A DNA stretch of 64,000 nt from Spirochaetia bacterium (GTDB taxonomy: Bacteria; Spirochaetota; Spirochaetia; SZUA-6; Bin103): the NCBI GenBank assembly GCA_965203515.1, contig OZ241907.1, positions 3,776,001-3,840,000 of the forward strand, in the 5' to 3' direction. A program made the translations under genes and the position numbers. This document shows positions 30,486 through 40,473 of the stretch, in pieces (within the stretch, counting starts at the first letter, position 1; every line of letters starts with the position of its first letter). The notes beneath the pieces are model-generated. The model was not told where the DNA came from. It worked only from the letters and a program-made list of their open reading frames with translations, and did not search any database.

Positions 30486-32078
30486 ATGGGTACCGATGCC
30501 GACCTGCTTGCGCACTGGATGCTCGCCGGCGACTGTCGCGACCACTCCGGCAACGATCGCCACGGCCGGAACCGCGGGGCGGACCTCGCGGCGGACGGCG
30601 CCCGCTTCGACGGCCGCGGCGCCCACGTCCTCGTTCCTCCCTCGGCCGGCCTGAACCTGGGGACCGGCGACTTCACCATTGCCGTCGAGATACACACAGC
30701 CGGCGTTCTCGACGACGTGCCGGGCGACATCGTGAGCCGCTACGCCCCCGACACCCGCATCGGCTTTCAGTTCAGCCTGCTCAGCAGCGCCGGCGTGACC
30801 GCCGCCCAGGCCAACTACCGCCATCTCCACTTCGGCATCGACGCCGGCAGCGAGGGCTCGTGGATCGACTGCGGCCGTCCCGGCAACAACCTGCGCGTCT
30901 ATTCGCTGTGCGTCTTCCGGGGCGACCTCTACGCCGGCACCTTCGAGACCGGCGCCGACGAGGCCGGCGGCGTCTACCGCTACGACGGCAAGGACGGCTG
31001 GGAGCCGTGCGGGAGCCCGGACGCCGCCAACACCGTGGCCTCGCTGTGCGTCTACGACGGCGACCTCTATGCCGGCACGTCGCGCTACCGGGCCGGCGGC
31101 TCGGCGCTGCCGGAGTCGGAGAACCGGACCCCCGGAGGCGCCATGTACCGCTACGCGGGCGGCGGGGAGTGGATGGGCGTCGGCCGCCTGGAGGGGGCCG
31201 ACTCGTGCGCGGGCATGGCCGTCTACCGGGGCGAGCTCTACGCCATCCCGCTCTACAGCCAGGGCGTCTTCCGCTACCAGGGGGGCGACCGCTGGGCGCA
31301 TTGCGGCACCCCCGGCCGCCGCCTGATGGCGATCGGGGTCTTCAACGGTCACCTCTACGGAGCGGGCAACGAGGGCGGGGAGCGGGGCGGCGTGTTCCGC
31401 TACGCGGGCGGCAGCGACTGGGTTCACGCCGGCGGCCAGGAGGGCGTCTCCCAGGTCTACTCCTTCGCCGCCCACAACGGCAGATGGCACGTCGGCACCT
31501 GGCCGGAGGGCAAGGTCTTTCGCGACGACGGCGACGACCCCTGGACCTGCGTCGGACGCCTCGGCGAGGAGCTGGAGGTGATGGCCATGACCGTCTACAA
31601 CGGCAAGCTCTACGCCGGCACCCTGCCGCTCGGCCAAGTCTACCGCTACGACGGCGGCGAGACCTGGACCCTCACGGGGCAGCTCGACACCACCTCCGGC
31701 GTGCGGTACCGCCGGGTCTGGTCGATGGCCGTCTACCGCGGCCGACTGTTCGCCGGCACCCTCCCCTCCGGCCGTGTCTATGCCCTGGAGGCGGGTGCGA
31801 ACGTGACCTGCGACCATGAACTCGAGCCGGGCTGGCGCCGCCTTGCCGCCGTGCGCAAGGGCGGACGGCTCGCGCTCTACGTCGACGGAGTCCGGGCCGC
31901 AACCTCGGCGGCCTTCGACGCCTCGGCCTTCGACCTCTCGACGGACCAGCCCCTGCGGATCGGGGCCGGCGCCATCGACACCTTCAACGGCAGGATTCGC
32001 GACCTGCGGCTGTACCGCCGCGTCCTCGCCGAGGACGAAATCGCCCGATTGCGCACCACGACACGGTCATCAGGCTGA
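30486..32078 (+). CDS. LamG-like jelly-roll domain with an inserted beta-propeller
   Basis: N-terminal LAHWML...DHSGN...ARFDG...DFTIAV; about 6-7 repeats of VxSLxVYxGxLYAGT...VYRYxG; C-terminal GWRRLAAVR...LYVDG...LRIG...FNGRIRDLRLYRRVL. Confidence 0.8.
   Translation: MGTDADLLAHWMLAGDCRDHSGNDRHGRNRGADLAADGARFDGRGAHVLVPPSAGLNLGTGDFTIAVEIHTAGVLDDVPGDIVSRYAPDTRIGFQFSLLSSAGVTAAQANYRHLHFGIDAGSEGSWIDCGRPGNNLRVYSLCVFRGDLYAGTFETGADEAGGVYRYDGKDGWEPCGSPDAANTVASLCVYDGDLYAGTSRYRAGGSALPESENRTPGGAMYRYAGGGEWMGVGRLEGADSCAGMAVYRGELYAIPLYSQGVFRYQGGDRWAHCGTPGRRLMAIGVFNGHLYGAGNEGGERGGVFRYAGGSDWVHAGGQEGVSQVYSFAAHNGRWHVGTWPEGKVFRDDGDDPWTCVGRLGEELEVMAMTVYNGKLYAGTLPLGQVYRYDGGETWTLTGQLDTTSGVRYRRVWSMAVYRGRLFAGTLPSGRVYALEAGANVTCDHELEPGWRRLAAVRKGGRLALYVDGVRAATSAAFDASAFDLSTDQPLRIGAGAIDTFNGRIRDLRLYRRVLAEDEIARLRTTTRSSG
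31980..32054. repeat. ~75-bp imperfect direct repeat (3' end of the LamG gene; partner at 34470-34543)
   Basis: Manual alignment gives 5 substitutions and 1 indel. Confidence 0.93.
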
Positions 32079-32111
32079 CCGAGACGGGCGAAAGGTCGCC
32101 GTGCTACTGTT

Positions 32112-32756
32112 GTGCATGATTTGGACTCTCATGCGCGACCGACCGCCGTAACCGCCTTCATAGATTGGCAAACGCAAATGCACCACACGCGCATGCCTGC
32201 GTTCAGGCCGGATGACCGGGCGATGTTGACTTTGCGGAGGACGACCCGCACTATCAACAGGGTGCTGACGAGCGAAGCTCCGGACCTCCGGTTCTCCGTC
32301 GTCCTGCGCCTGTACCATGGTTGGCACAGAGGCTGGGAGGAAACCGAAAATCTGCGCGCTATTGCCAGGGTCCAATCGGCGGACGTCTTCTCCGATTATT
32401 CGACTGACAATATCGTATTTTCGGAGAAAGTTCAGTTGCGCGACCATGATTTTATGAGATTACTCGGTCGGGCATGCCGAATCAAGTCCCACTCGTTTTC
32501 GGAAGATAGTGATTACCCGTTCCAGAATTTCACCCAAGACTGGTGGTGGCCGGATATCCGGGAATTGCTGAGAACTCACGGGTTTCTTGAAGAATCGATC
32601 AGGCAAACTTCAGGTCCGCAGAAGACGCTCTTTCACATCAGGAGGGCCAAGGACCTTTTGGCGGCAGAATTGGACCTGTCTCCGCCGGAATCGCAAGATG
32701 ATGAGATTCGTCGATTCTATGCGTCGCTGGTAGCAAAGATGCGCGAATCGCCTTGA
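32112..32756 (+). CDS. Lower-GC hypothetical protein with NYN/PIN-like N-terminus, possibly chimeric
   Basis: VTAFIDWQTQ...LRLYHGWHRG resembles the first half of NYN-like folds; the second acidic motifs are absent. Confidence 0.5.
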   Translation: MHDLDSHARPTAVTAFIDWQTQMHHTRMPAFRPDDRAMLTLRRTTRTINRVLTSEAPDLRFSVVLRLYHGWHRGWEETENLRAIARVQSADVFSDYSTDNIVFSEKVQLRDHDFMRLLGRACRIKSHSFSEDSDYPFQNFTQDWWWPDIRELLRTHGFLEESIRQTSGPQKTLFHIRRAKDLLAAELDLSPPESQDDEIRRFYASLVAKMRESP

Positions 32757-32772
32757 GACGCAGGAGACGGTC

Positions 32773-34248
32773 ATGCTGACCCGCCTTGAAGTGAACGGCT
32801 TCAAGAATCTGGTCGATTTCTCCCTCGATCTTGGACCGTATACCTGCATCGCCGGAGTCAACGGCGTCGGCAAGTCCAACATCTTCGACGCCATCCGGTT
32901 CCTGTCACTGTTGACCGATCACACCATCAAAGAATCCGCACTGCTGATTCGGAGCTCCGCGCAGGATACCGGCGAAATCGGCGATCTGTTCTTCTCCGCA
33001 AACGGCGACGCGATGGACCGCATCAGGTTGGCCGCCGAGATGATCGTAGACGGAAGCGTGGTCGACGACTTCGGCCGGCCGGGAGCGCCTTCATCGACGT
33101 TCTTGCGGTACGAAGTCGCGTTTCGACACGAACCGCCATCCGCCTCCGCCGGCCCGTTCGGCGGGCTCGTTCTGGAACGCGAAGACCTGCGCCACATCCT
33201 GTCCGGCCAAGCCGCTCAAAGGCTGCGATTTCCGCACGACAAACAGTTTCGGAGCAGCGTCATCTTCAACAAGCGGCGAGGGTCCGGCTTTATTTCCACG
33301 CGCAATGGCCGAGCGGAACCGGCGACCATCGTCGTCCATCAGGACGGCGGCTCCTCGGGGCGGGCGCGGCCCGCGGCGTCCGCCGAAAGCGCCCCCCGAA
33401 CGATCATCGGCACCGAGAACACGGCGGCGACGCCGACGATCCTGGCGGCGCGCCGGGAAATGCAGCGGTGGCGCATCCTGGCGCTGGAGCCCTCGGCGAT
33501 GCGGAGGCCGGACAAGTTCACCGACGAACCGGGCATTACCGCGGACGGCGGACATATCCCCGTCACCCTGCACCATCTGGCCAGCCGCGCCCCATCCGCG
33601 AGCGCGAACGACCCGCACGACGACCTCCTGAGCCGAATCGCCAACACGCTGTCCCGCCTGGTGCCGGTGCGGGCGGTGCGGGCGGTGAGCGACGAAGTGC
33701 GCCAGCTCTATTCCCTGGAGCTCGAAGAACGCGGCGGCGTACGTCTGCGGGCGAATTCGATTTCCGACGGCACGCTGAGGTTCCTGGCCCTGACCGCTAT
33801 CTCCGAAGCGGCCGATGCCGGCCTGTACTGCATGGAGGAGCCCGAAAACGGCATCCATCCGGAGAGACTGGCGGCCATGAATCGATTGCTGCACGACATC
33901 GCGGTCGACCCGGACGAGCCGGTGGCGGCCGACAACCCGTTGCGGCAAGTCATCGTCGCTACCCACTCGCCCTACTTCGTGCAACTACAGAGCATGGAAG
34001 AAATCGTTCTGGCAAAGAATCCCGCCGTCCGATCACCGGCCGGAACAGCCATGTGGCCGCTGAAGTGCTATCCCATGCGGGGTTCGTGGAGAGATCGCGC
34101 GGACCGGGACGATGATGCCCGTACTTCAGATGGAGTAGGTGAGCTCGATTTGCAGTCCTATCTGATTCCGTCGAACGACGCTCAACTCATCCCGGCCGAA
34201 TTATGGCCTGAAGGCTACTGGCCTGAAGAGTTTGGGCCGAGTAGATGA
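32773..34248 (+). CDS. ABC-type AAA ATPase (AAA_15/AAA_21, OLD/AbiEii-like)
   Basis: MLTRLEVNGFKNL; Walker A GVNGVGKS; signature ISDGTL; Walker B MEEPENGIHP; H-loop ATHSP. Confidence 0.92.
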   Translation: MLTRLEVNGFKNLVDFSLDLGPYTCIAGVNGVGKSNIFDAIRFLSLLTDHTIKESALLIRSSAQDTGEIGDLFFSANGDAMDRIRLAAEMIVDGSVVDDFGRPGAPSSTFLRYEVAFRHEPPSASAGPFGGLVLEREDLRHILSGQAAQRLRFPHDKQFRSSVIFNKRRGSGFISTRNGRAEPATIVVHQDGGSSGRARPAASAESAPRTIIGTENTAATPTILAARREMQRWRILALEPSAMRRPDKFTDEPGITADGGHIPVTLHHLASRAPSASANDPHDDLLSRIANTLSRLVPVRAVRAVSDEVRQLYSLELEERGGVRLRANSISDGTLRFLALTAISEAADAGLYCMEEPENGIHPERLAAMNRLLHDIAVDPDEPVAADNPLRQVIVATHSPYFVQLQSMEEIVLAKNPAVRSPAGTAMWPLKCYPMRGSWRDRADRDDDARTSDGVGELDLQSYLIPSNDAQLIPAELWPEGYWPEEFGPSR

Positions 34249-34469
34249 AGGTACGGTTCCTGTTGATCTGCGAAGGCTCATCCGACACCGCCCTGGTTCC
34301 TCACATTCAGGCGCTGCTCATCGATTGCGGCGCGTCGGAGGCCGATGGTAGTGCGTCGTATCACGGCCGCCGTTTGGAAGACAAGATACGCCTCGGGCTG
34401 AAGTATCATCACGGCGTGAACTTGCTGTTCGTTCATCGCGATGCCGACAGAGCGGGCGCCGCGGGGCGG
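34245..34469 (+). pseudogene. Truncated TOPRIM-like (DUF4276-type) partner of the ABC ATPase
   Basis: LICEGSSD...LFVHRDAD (E and DxD TOPRIM motifs); after about 75 aa it runs into the duplicated LamG 3' end; ATGA overlap with the ATPase. Confidence 0.72.
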
Positions 34470-34543
34470 ACCTTCAAGGCAGGATTCGCGACCTGCGGCT
34501 GTATGGCCGCGCCCTCGCCGAGGACGAAATCGCCGGAATGCGC
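34470..34543. repeat. Second copy of the LamG gene 3' end
   Basis: ACCTTCAAGGCAGGATTCGCGACCTGCGGCTGTATGGCCGCGCCCTCGCCGAGGACGAAATCGCCGGAATGCGC. Confidence 0.93.
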
Positions 34544-34547
34544 GACG

Positions 34548-35843
34548 TTATTCCGCGAACAGGTCCTGCGAGTAACGGTAGGCAAGGCAGCACGTGCCCC
34601 AGTTCTCGTGGTCGAGATCGAGCAGGGAGTACGCGGCGGTGACCACCAGACCGTCGTCGTAGCAGACGGTGCTCGGGTAGCCGCAGTCCCAACTGAACGC
34701 CGAGTCGGCAATGACGTACTCGGTCTGCAGATCGAAGCGCTCGCCGCCGTCGCGGCTGACGATGGCGCGCACGCCGAACGGATAGGCGCGATATCCGTAG
34801 GTGATCAGCACCATGCCGTTGGCGAGCCGCACGACGCTGCCGGGTGAGGGCTTCTGCGGCTTGCCATTGACCATCCGCCAGTGCCCGACCCCGCGCAGGC
34901 TGCGGAGGCGCGCGGGCGGAGTGCCGGCGCTCAGCGAGCCCGGTTCCCATCGCGTCCAGGTTCCGCCGCCATCACCGGAGTAGGCGATCCGGTTCGGCTC
35001 GTCATTGTGCCGCACGTAGGCGACCCAGCGATCGTCGGTCAGCGGCAGGAATCCGGTCTCGCTGAAACCGCTGCGGATCTCGGTCGGCCGCTCCCAGGTG
35101 CGTCCGCCGTCCTGCGACCGGTACAGGAAGTTCACCCGCTCGTGCGCGGAGGGGTCCGCCTCGTGTATCTCATCGCTCTGATGGCCGCGAGCCATGAATA
35201 CCAGCGTGCCGTCGGCCAGCCTCACCATTTGCCCGTGCGGGCGGACGAACACGCCCGGCCGCGGCATGTCGATCGTACGGGGCTCCGACCAGGTAGCCCC
35301 GCCGTCCGTCGAGCGCACCACTTCCATGTGCCTCTCGCGCCGTGCCCGCGGGTCAGGGTCATCCTCCCGCGAGGTCTCCACCCCGCCGAACAGGATGCCG
35401 TACACCGCCACCAGCGCGCCGTCGGCTGCCTGTCCCAGGGAGTGATCGCGATAATCGAGGTCATCGTCCGGCTCGCCGCGCGCCACGAGTCGGTAGTCGG
35501 ACCAGGAGACGCCGCGGTCGGACGAGAGGGAGATACTGATCTCGCTGCCGGTTCCTATGTGCGGCGCGCCGGTACGCGTGAGACAGGCGAGCCGGCCGTC
35601 GTCCATCTTCAGCAGCACCGGGATGAGGCCGCCGCCGCGCGAGAAGGGCGGCACCGGGTCGGTGACCGAGCCGTACGAGGCGCGCCGCGGATCGCTCCGG
35701 CATTCCGGATACATCAGGAAGTAGTCCTCCACGGACTGAGCGACATCCTCCTTGCCGCACAACCACCGACGGCCGGTAGTGACGACCGGGGCGGCCTCGA
35801 TCCGGTCCACCAGAGACACTTCACGCGGTACGACCATTGCCAT
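34548..35843 (-). CDS. Sialidase-like (BNR/Asp-box repeat) glycoside hydrolase
   Basis: SSDRGVSW, STDGGATW, SQDGGRTW, SGDGGGTW, SRDGGERF; DCGYPS; GGAGG RBS. Confidence 0.85.
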   Translation of the reverse strand: MAMVVPREVSLVDRIEAAPVVTTGRRWLCGKEDVAQSVEDYFLMYPECRSDPRRASYGSVTDPVPPFSRGGGLIPVLLKMDDGRLACLTRTGAPHIGTGSEISISLSSDRGVSWSDYRLVARGEPDDDLDYRDHSLGQAADGALVAVYGILFGGVETSREDDPDPRARRERHMEVVRSTDGGATWSEPRTIDMPRPGVFVRPHGQMVRLADGTLVFMARGHQSDEIHEADPSAHERVNFLYRSQDGGRTWERPTEIRSGFSETGFLPLTDDRWVAYVRHNDEPNRIAYSGDGGGTWTRWEPGSLSAGTPPARLRSLRGVGHWRMVNGKPQKPSPGSVVRLANGMVLITYGYRAYPFGVRAIVSRDGGERFDLQTEYVIADSAFSWDCGYPSTVCYDDGLVVTAAYSLLDLDHENWGTCCLAYRYSQDLFAE

Positions 35844-35995
35844 CCTCCTCCGCAGACGGCGAGCGTCCTACGATTCGTCGCCGGCAGGCAAGACGGCGGT
35901 TCGCGGCAAGCGCTCCGTGGACCTCCGTCCGTAGACCAACGACGCGGTGACGATCCCCTACGTTGATCGCGACCGGCTGCATGGCCCAGTCGGCG

Positions 35996-37078
35996 CTACG
36001 GGCGCTCCTCCAGGAACGTGCCTTCGATCCCGCGTCCGCCGTCGGCATGGGTGTAGTAGTAGACGACCAGCACGCGGCCGTCGCGGAGCTGCACCGCCCA
36101 CGGGTAGCCGCAGTCGCTCCCGCGCGAGTCGCTGCGCACCTGGATATCGGGAGCGTCGTCGAGGTCGCCCCCCTCCGGTTCCAGCACGCGCGCCAGACAG
36201 CCGCGCTGGCCATCCCAGCGGGTACCGACGGTGGCGAAGATACGGCCGTCGCGGAGCCCCAGCAGGTGTCCGGGACAGCCCTTGATCGAGGTGAAGCGCC
36301 ACGCCGACCACGTGGCGCCGGCGTCGTCGGAGGTGACCAGCGCCAGCCGGCACTGCGTCTCTTGGGGCCGGCGCGGATGGCAGCGCAGCAGCACCAGGAT
36401 ACGGCCGGCCGGCGTGCGGTAGATCGCCGGCTCGCTGAAGTGGGCCACCGCGTCATCGGCGATGCGGCCGCCGTACGCCCACGTATCGCCGCCGTCGTGC
36501 GACACGCGCAGCATGCCGAAGAACGGCTGGCTGCCGTCCGGCTGCGCGGTCGCCTTGCTGGGCAACAGAATACGGCCGTCTTCCAGCTCGACGAGTTGGC
36601 TGCGCGATACCCCGGAGTGCTCCGCCGGAGCCCCCCACACCCCCTCCGGCAGCGGCGGGAACCGGACCGGCTCGCTCCAGGTGCGTCCGTCGTCCCGGGA
36701 ACGGGTCCGGAACGGAATGCCGGGCCGAGACGACCACGCGGTGTGACTGGGAGTGGTGGCGCCCTCCGGCACCAGCTCCACGGTCGAGGCGTGCAGGAAG
36801 ATGCTGCCGTCGCGCAGCGTGTGGGTGCCGAAGTCGATCACCCCGCCGAGCGGGTCACCGGTGACGAACTCCGCCGGCCCCCAGGTGACGCCGTCGTCGT
36901 GCGAACGGCAGGCGCGCACGTCGAACAGGGGATGACCGTGGTGGGAATGCCCCAGGTCGGGGGATCGGTGGAACAGGGCCAGCAGGTCCCCGGCGGGAGT
37001 GCGGATCACGTTGGGATGCGCGGCGTACCAGCCCGCCTCCCGGTAGATCGTGACGTGTTCTACGACGCGCCAAGCCAT
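35996..37078 (-). CDS. Sialidase-like (BNR/Asp-box repeat) glycoside hydrolase
   Basis: SHDDGVTW, SRDDGRTW, SHDGGDTW, SDDAGATW; DCGYPW; ATG at 37078. Confidence 0.85.
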   Translation of the reverse strand: MAWRVVEHVTIYREAGWYAAHPNVIRTPAGDLLALFHRSPDLGHSHHGHPLFDVRACRSHDDGVTWGPAEFVTGDPLGGVIDFGTHTLRDGSIFLHASTVELVPEGATTPSHTAWSSRPGIPFRTRSRDDGRTWSEPVRFPPLPEGVWGAPAEHSGVSRSQLVELEDGRILLPSKATAQPDGSQPFFGMLRVSHDGGDTWAYGGRIADDAVAHFSEPAIYRTPAGRILVLLRCHPRRPQETQCRLALVTSDDAGATWSAWRFTSIKGCPGHLLGLRDGRIFATVGTRWDGQRGCLARVLEPEGGDLDDAPDIQVRSDSRGSDCGYPWAVQLRDGRVLVVYYYTHADGGRGIEGTFLEERP

Positions 37079-37202
37079 CGCTCGATACTGTACCGCAGAA
37101 GCCGGTCGCGTACTACACACACCGTGCCGGCGCCCTTGTCGTGAGCCTCCGCCGCTCGGAAGGTACACGCGATGGAGATCAGACGCGGTGACGAATTTCT
37201 GC

Positions 37203-38318
37203 TCATATCGGCCTCCCGGTTTCGCCGGTAGCGGGCGACTCGCCGGCCGGCGCGGCCGCCCACGGCGGTTTGGTGATGGCTCTCCCCTGCAACGTCAACT
37301 CGCCCGCGCGTATGCACGCGCTCGACCGCCCGGCGGCGACCTCTCTGAGCCGAGGCACGTCCCCGCTACAGGCGTCGATCGCGTAGGAACACCGGGTGTG
37401 GAACGCGCAGCCGGCGGGCGGATTGGCTGCGCTCGGCACGTCGCCTTCCAGGACGATACGCTCATCGGTATCGTCCGGATCGGGAGCCGGGAAGGCGGAA
37501 AGGAGCGCCTCCGTGTAGGGGTGCTGTGGGTTGCGGAATACCGCATTGGAGGCTCCGGTCTCGACGATACGCCCCAGATACATCACGGCAACGCGGTCGC
37601 TGACGTAACGGACCACGCCGAGGTCATGGGCGATGAACAAATAGCTCAGCCCGAAACGGCGTTGCAGCTCGACCATCAGATTGAGTATCTGCGCCTGCAC
37701 CGACACGTCGAGGGCGGACACCGGCTCATCGGCGATGACGAGCTGCGGCTTGAGCGCCAGCGCCCTGGCAAGGCTGATCCGCTGCCGCTGACCGCCCGAG
37801 AACTCGTGCGGAAACCGATCCGCGTACGAAGGGCGCAATCCCACCGTCTCCAGGAGCGGCTCCACCTCGCTGCGCAGCGCCGGACCGCGAATACCGGCCT
37901 GCACTTCGAGCGGCTCGCCGACGATCTCGATGACCCGCAGGTAAGGATTGAGCGAGGAATAGGGGTCCTGGAATACCATCTGTACGTGACGCCGGAACGC
38001 TTTCAGCTCCCGGCGTCTCAATGCGTGAACGTCGATACGCTCTCCTCCGGAGAGAAAGATCACCGTGCCGCCGGACGGCCTGGAGAGGCCCGCGGCGACC
38101 CTGCCGGCGGTGGTCTTGCCACAGCCGCTCTCGCCGACCAGTCCCAGGGTTTCACCCTGCCGGACGGAGAAGCTGATCCCGTCCACGGCCCTGATCTGCC
38201 CGACGATGCGCCGCAACAACCTCTGCTCGATCGGGAAGTACTTTCGCAGCTTCTCGACGATCAGCAGCTCGGGACGTTCGGCCACGCCTGCTCCTTCGCT
38301 ATCGGTCATCCGACTCAT
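37203..38318 (-). CDS. Peptide/nickel-family ABC ATP-binding subunit (OppF/DppF-like)
   Basis: GESGCGKTT, FSGGQRQR, ADEPVSALD, HPYT, GCAFHTRC. Confidence 0.93.
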   Translation of the reverse strand: MSRMTDSEGAGVAERPELLIVEKLRKYFPIEQRLLRRIVGQIRAVDGISFSVRQGETLGLVGESGCGKTTAGRVAAGLSRPSGGTVIFLSGGERIDVHALRRRELKAFRRHVQMVFQDPYSSLNPYLRVIEIVGEPLEVQAGIRGPALRSEVEPLLETVGLRPSYADRFPHEFSGGQRQRISLARALALKPQLVIADEPVSALDVSVQAQILNLMVELQRRFGLSYLFIAHDLGVVRYVSDRVAVMYLGRIVETGASNAVFRNPQHPYTEALLSAFPAPDPDDTDERIVLEGDVPSAANPPAGCAFHTRCSYAIDACSGDVPRLREVAAGRSSACIRAGELTLQGRAITKPPWAAAPAGESPATGETGRPI

Positions 38319-39297
38319 GGAGCCAGCACGCCACGGTGTGGCCCGCATCGACCGTGAACTCCGGCGGCTTCTGCGCGCACCGGTCGCCGGCGTGATCGCA
38401 GCGGGACGCAAAGGGGCAGCCGGTGCTGTGCGTCAACGGGTGGGGAACCGACCCCTGAATGACCGCCAGCCGCTGCTTCGGCTCCTCCGCCATGGACGGG
38501 ATCGACCGAAACAGCGCCCGTGTGTACGGATGCCGCGGATCGTGGAAGAGATCGCGGACCGGCGCCCGTTCCATCACCTGACCCAGGTACATCACCATCA
38601 CGGCGTCGGCCATCTTCGCGATTACTCCCAGGTCATGGGTGATGAACAGTATCGCCATGTGGAACTGTTTCTGCAGCCGCTTCAGCAGCGCCAGAATCTG
38701 CGCCTCGATGGTGACGTCGAGGGCGGTGGTCGGTTCGTCGGCGATCAGAAGCTTCGGCCGGCACACCAGGGCCATGGCGATCATGGCCCGCTGCCGCATG
38801 CCGCCCGACAACTGATGCGGGTACGCCTCCATGCGCTGCTCCGCGTCCGGCATCCCAACGGCGCGCAACATCTCCGTCGCCGCAGCGGTGGCGCTATCGG
38901 CGTTCACGGCGGCGTGCTCCCGGAGCGCCTCCTTGATCTGGTAACCGATGGTATAGACCGGCGTCAGCGCCCGCATCGGCTCCTGGAAGATCATCGACAC
39001 GTCGCGGCCGCGGATCTGCCGTATCCGCCTGCCGCGCTGCGGCAGCTGCGCCAGATCGACCGGCCCGCGGTCGGTGGCCAGCACCATGGTGCCGCTCTCC
39101 AGCTTGCCGGGCGGGCTCTTGACCAGTCGCAGCACGCTCAGCGCCGTAACGCTCTTGCCGCAGCCGCTCTCTCCCACCACTCCCAGCGTCCGGTTCCGCT
39201 CCACGCCGAAGCTCACGCCGTCCACCGCGCGCACGATTCCGTCGTCCGTATGGAACCAGGTCCGCAGACCGCTCACCCGGAGCAGCGGTTCGCTCAT
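38299..39297 (-). CDS. Peptide/nickel-family ABC ATP-binding subunit (OppD/DppD-like)
   Basis: [37 protein letters not shown]. Confidence 0.94.
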   Translation of the reverse strand: MSEPLLRVSGLRTWFHTDDGIVRAVDGVSFGVERNRTLGVVGESGCGKSVTALSVLRLVKSPPGKLESGTMVLATDRGPVDLAQLPQRGRRIRQIRGRDVSMIFQEPMRALTPVYTIGYQIKEALREHAAVNADSATAAATEMLRAVGMPDAEQRMEAYPHQLSGGMRQRAMIAMALVCRPKLLIADEPTTALDVTIEAQILALLKRLQKQFHMAILFITHDLGVIAKMADAVMVMYLGQVMERAPVRDLFHDPRHPYTRALFRSIPSMAEEPKQRLAVIQGSVPHPLTHSTGCPFASRCDHAGDRCAQKPPEFTVDAGHTVACWLHESDDR

Positions 39298-40463
39298 GTC
39301 GCAAACGGGTCGGCGGCGTCGCGGACGCCGTCACCGAGGAAGTTGAAGGCGAGCACGATGACGATGATGAAGATCGCCGGCAGGCCGAGCCAGGGTTGAT
39401 GCAGCAGCGCCTGCACGCTCTGGGCCCCCTGCAACAGGATGCCCCAGCTCGTCATGGGCGGCGTGACGCCGACGCCCAGGAAGCTGAGACTGCTCTCCGC
39501 CAGAATGAGCTCCGGGACCGACAGCGTCGCCATGACGATGATGTGGCTCAGCGAACCCGGCAGCAGGTGCTTGGTGATGATGCGCCAAGCGCCGGCGCCA
39601 ACGCCCTCGGCAGCCAGGACGTACTCCTCGTTGCGGTACGCCAGCACTTTCCCGCGCACGACGCGCGCCAAGCCGCCCCATCCGATGAGCGATATGGCCA
39701 CGACGATACCCAGGTACACCCAGCCGGAAGGCCAGGTGGCCGGAATCGCGGCCGAGAACGCGAGCCACAGCGGAATCCTCGGGAACGAGATCAGCACCTC
39801 GATGAACCGCTGCAGCGCATGATCGACCATGCGGCCGAAGTAGCCCGACGCGATGCCCAGGATGGTGCCGATGACGATCGTCACCAGGGTTCCTGCCAGC
39901 GGCACCGTCAGGCTTACCTGCGATCCGATCAGGATTCGTGACAGCAGGTCCCTGCCCAGCGTGTCGGTCCCGAACAGAAAGACCGATCCTCCTTCGTCGA
40001 CGCCAAACAGGTGTCGTTCCATCGGGATGATGCCGAGGAAGCGGTACGGCTTTCCCGACGCGAAGAACCGCAGGTAATACTTGGTGTCCTCGACCTCGCG
40101 GTAGGTGAGCGCAAAGGTCTCCAGGTCCAGCTCCTGCTTGAGCGCGTACGTGAACGGCCTGCTCAAGCGGCCGTCCTCGTCGAAGAAATGGAGCCGCTGA
40201 GGCGGGGCGAAGCGCAGCTTGGTGAACTTTTCGTCGTGGTGATAAGGGCTCAGGAACTGCGCGAAGACCGCCATCAGGTAGAACAGCGCGATGACGACGG
40301 CGCTCGCGACCGCCAGTCGATTCTTGCGGAACCGCCGCCACGCGAGCTGTCGGGGAGTGCGGCGTTCCGCTTCGAGAGCGGCGGTATCCTCGATGCCGAC
40401 CGCGTGCGCGACGGCCGCCGGTCGATCCGGAGTCGGCACGGTCGATGGCGCGTCGCTGCTCAT
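39294..40463 (-). CDS. ABC permease (OppC/DppC-like)
   Basis: WRRFRKNRLA, FGTDTLGRD, EYVLAAEGVGA, FNFLGDGVRDAADP. Confidence 0.93.
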   Translation of the reverse strand: MSSDAPSTVPTPDRPAAVAHAVGIEDTAALEAERRTPRQLAWRRFRKNRLAVASAVVIALFYLMAVFAQFLSPYHHDEKFTKLRFAPPQRLHFFDEDGRLSRPFTYALKQELDLETFALTYREVEDTKYYLRFFASGKPYRFLGIIPMERHLFGVDEGGSVFLFGTDTLGRDLLSRILIGSQVSLTVPLAGTLVTIVIGTILGIASGYFGRMVDHALQRFIEVLISFPRIPLWLAFSAAIPATWPSGWVYLGIVVAISLIGWGGLARVVRGKVLAYRNEEYVLAAEGVGAGAWRIITKHLLPGSLSHIIVMATLSVPELILAESSLSFLGVGVTPPMTSWGILLQGAQSVQALLHQPWLGLPAIFIIVIVLAFNFLGDGVRDAADPFAT

Positions 40464-40473
40464 GCGATCTGCG

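Noticed and set aside
31980..34543. Diversity-generating retroelement TR/VR pair (also considered for 14694/27476)
   Set aside because: Differences are not adenine-specific and there is no reverse transcriptase in the window.
34245..34847. Intact 200-aa protein
   Set aside because: After residue 75 it reads through the LamG repeat and antisense into the sialidase-like gene.
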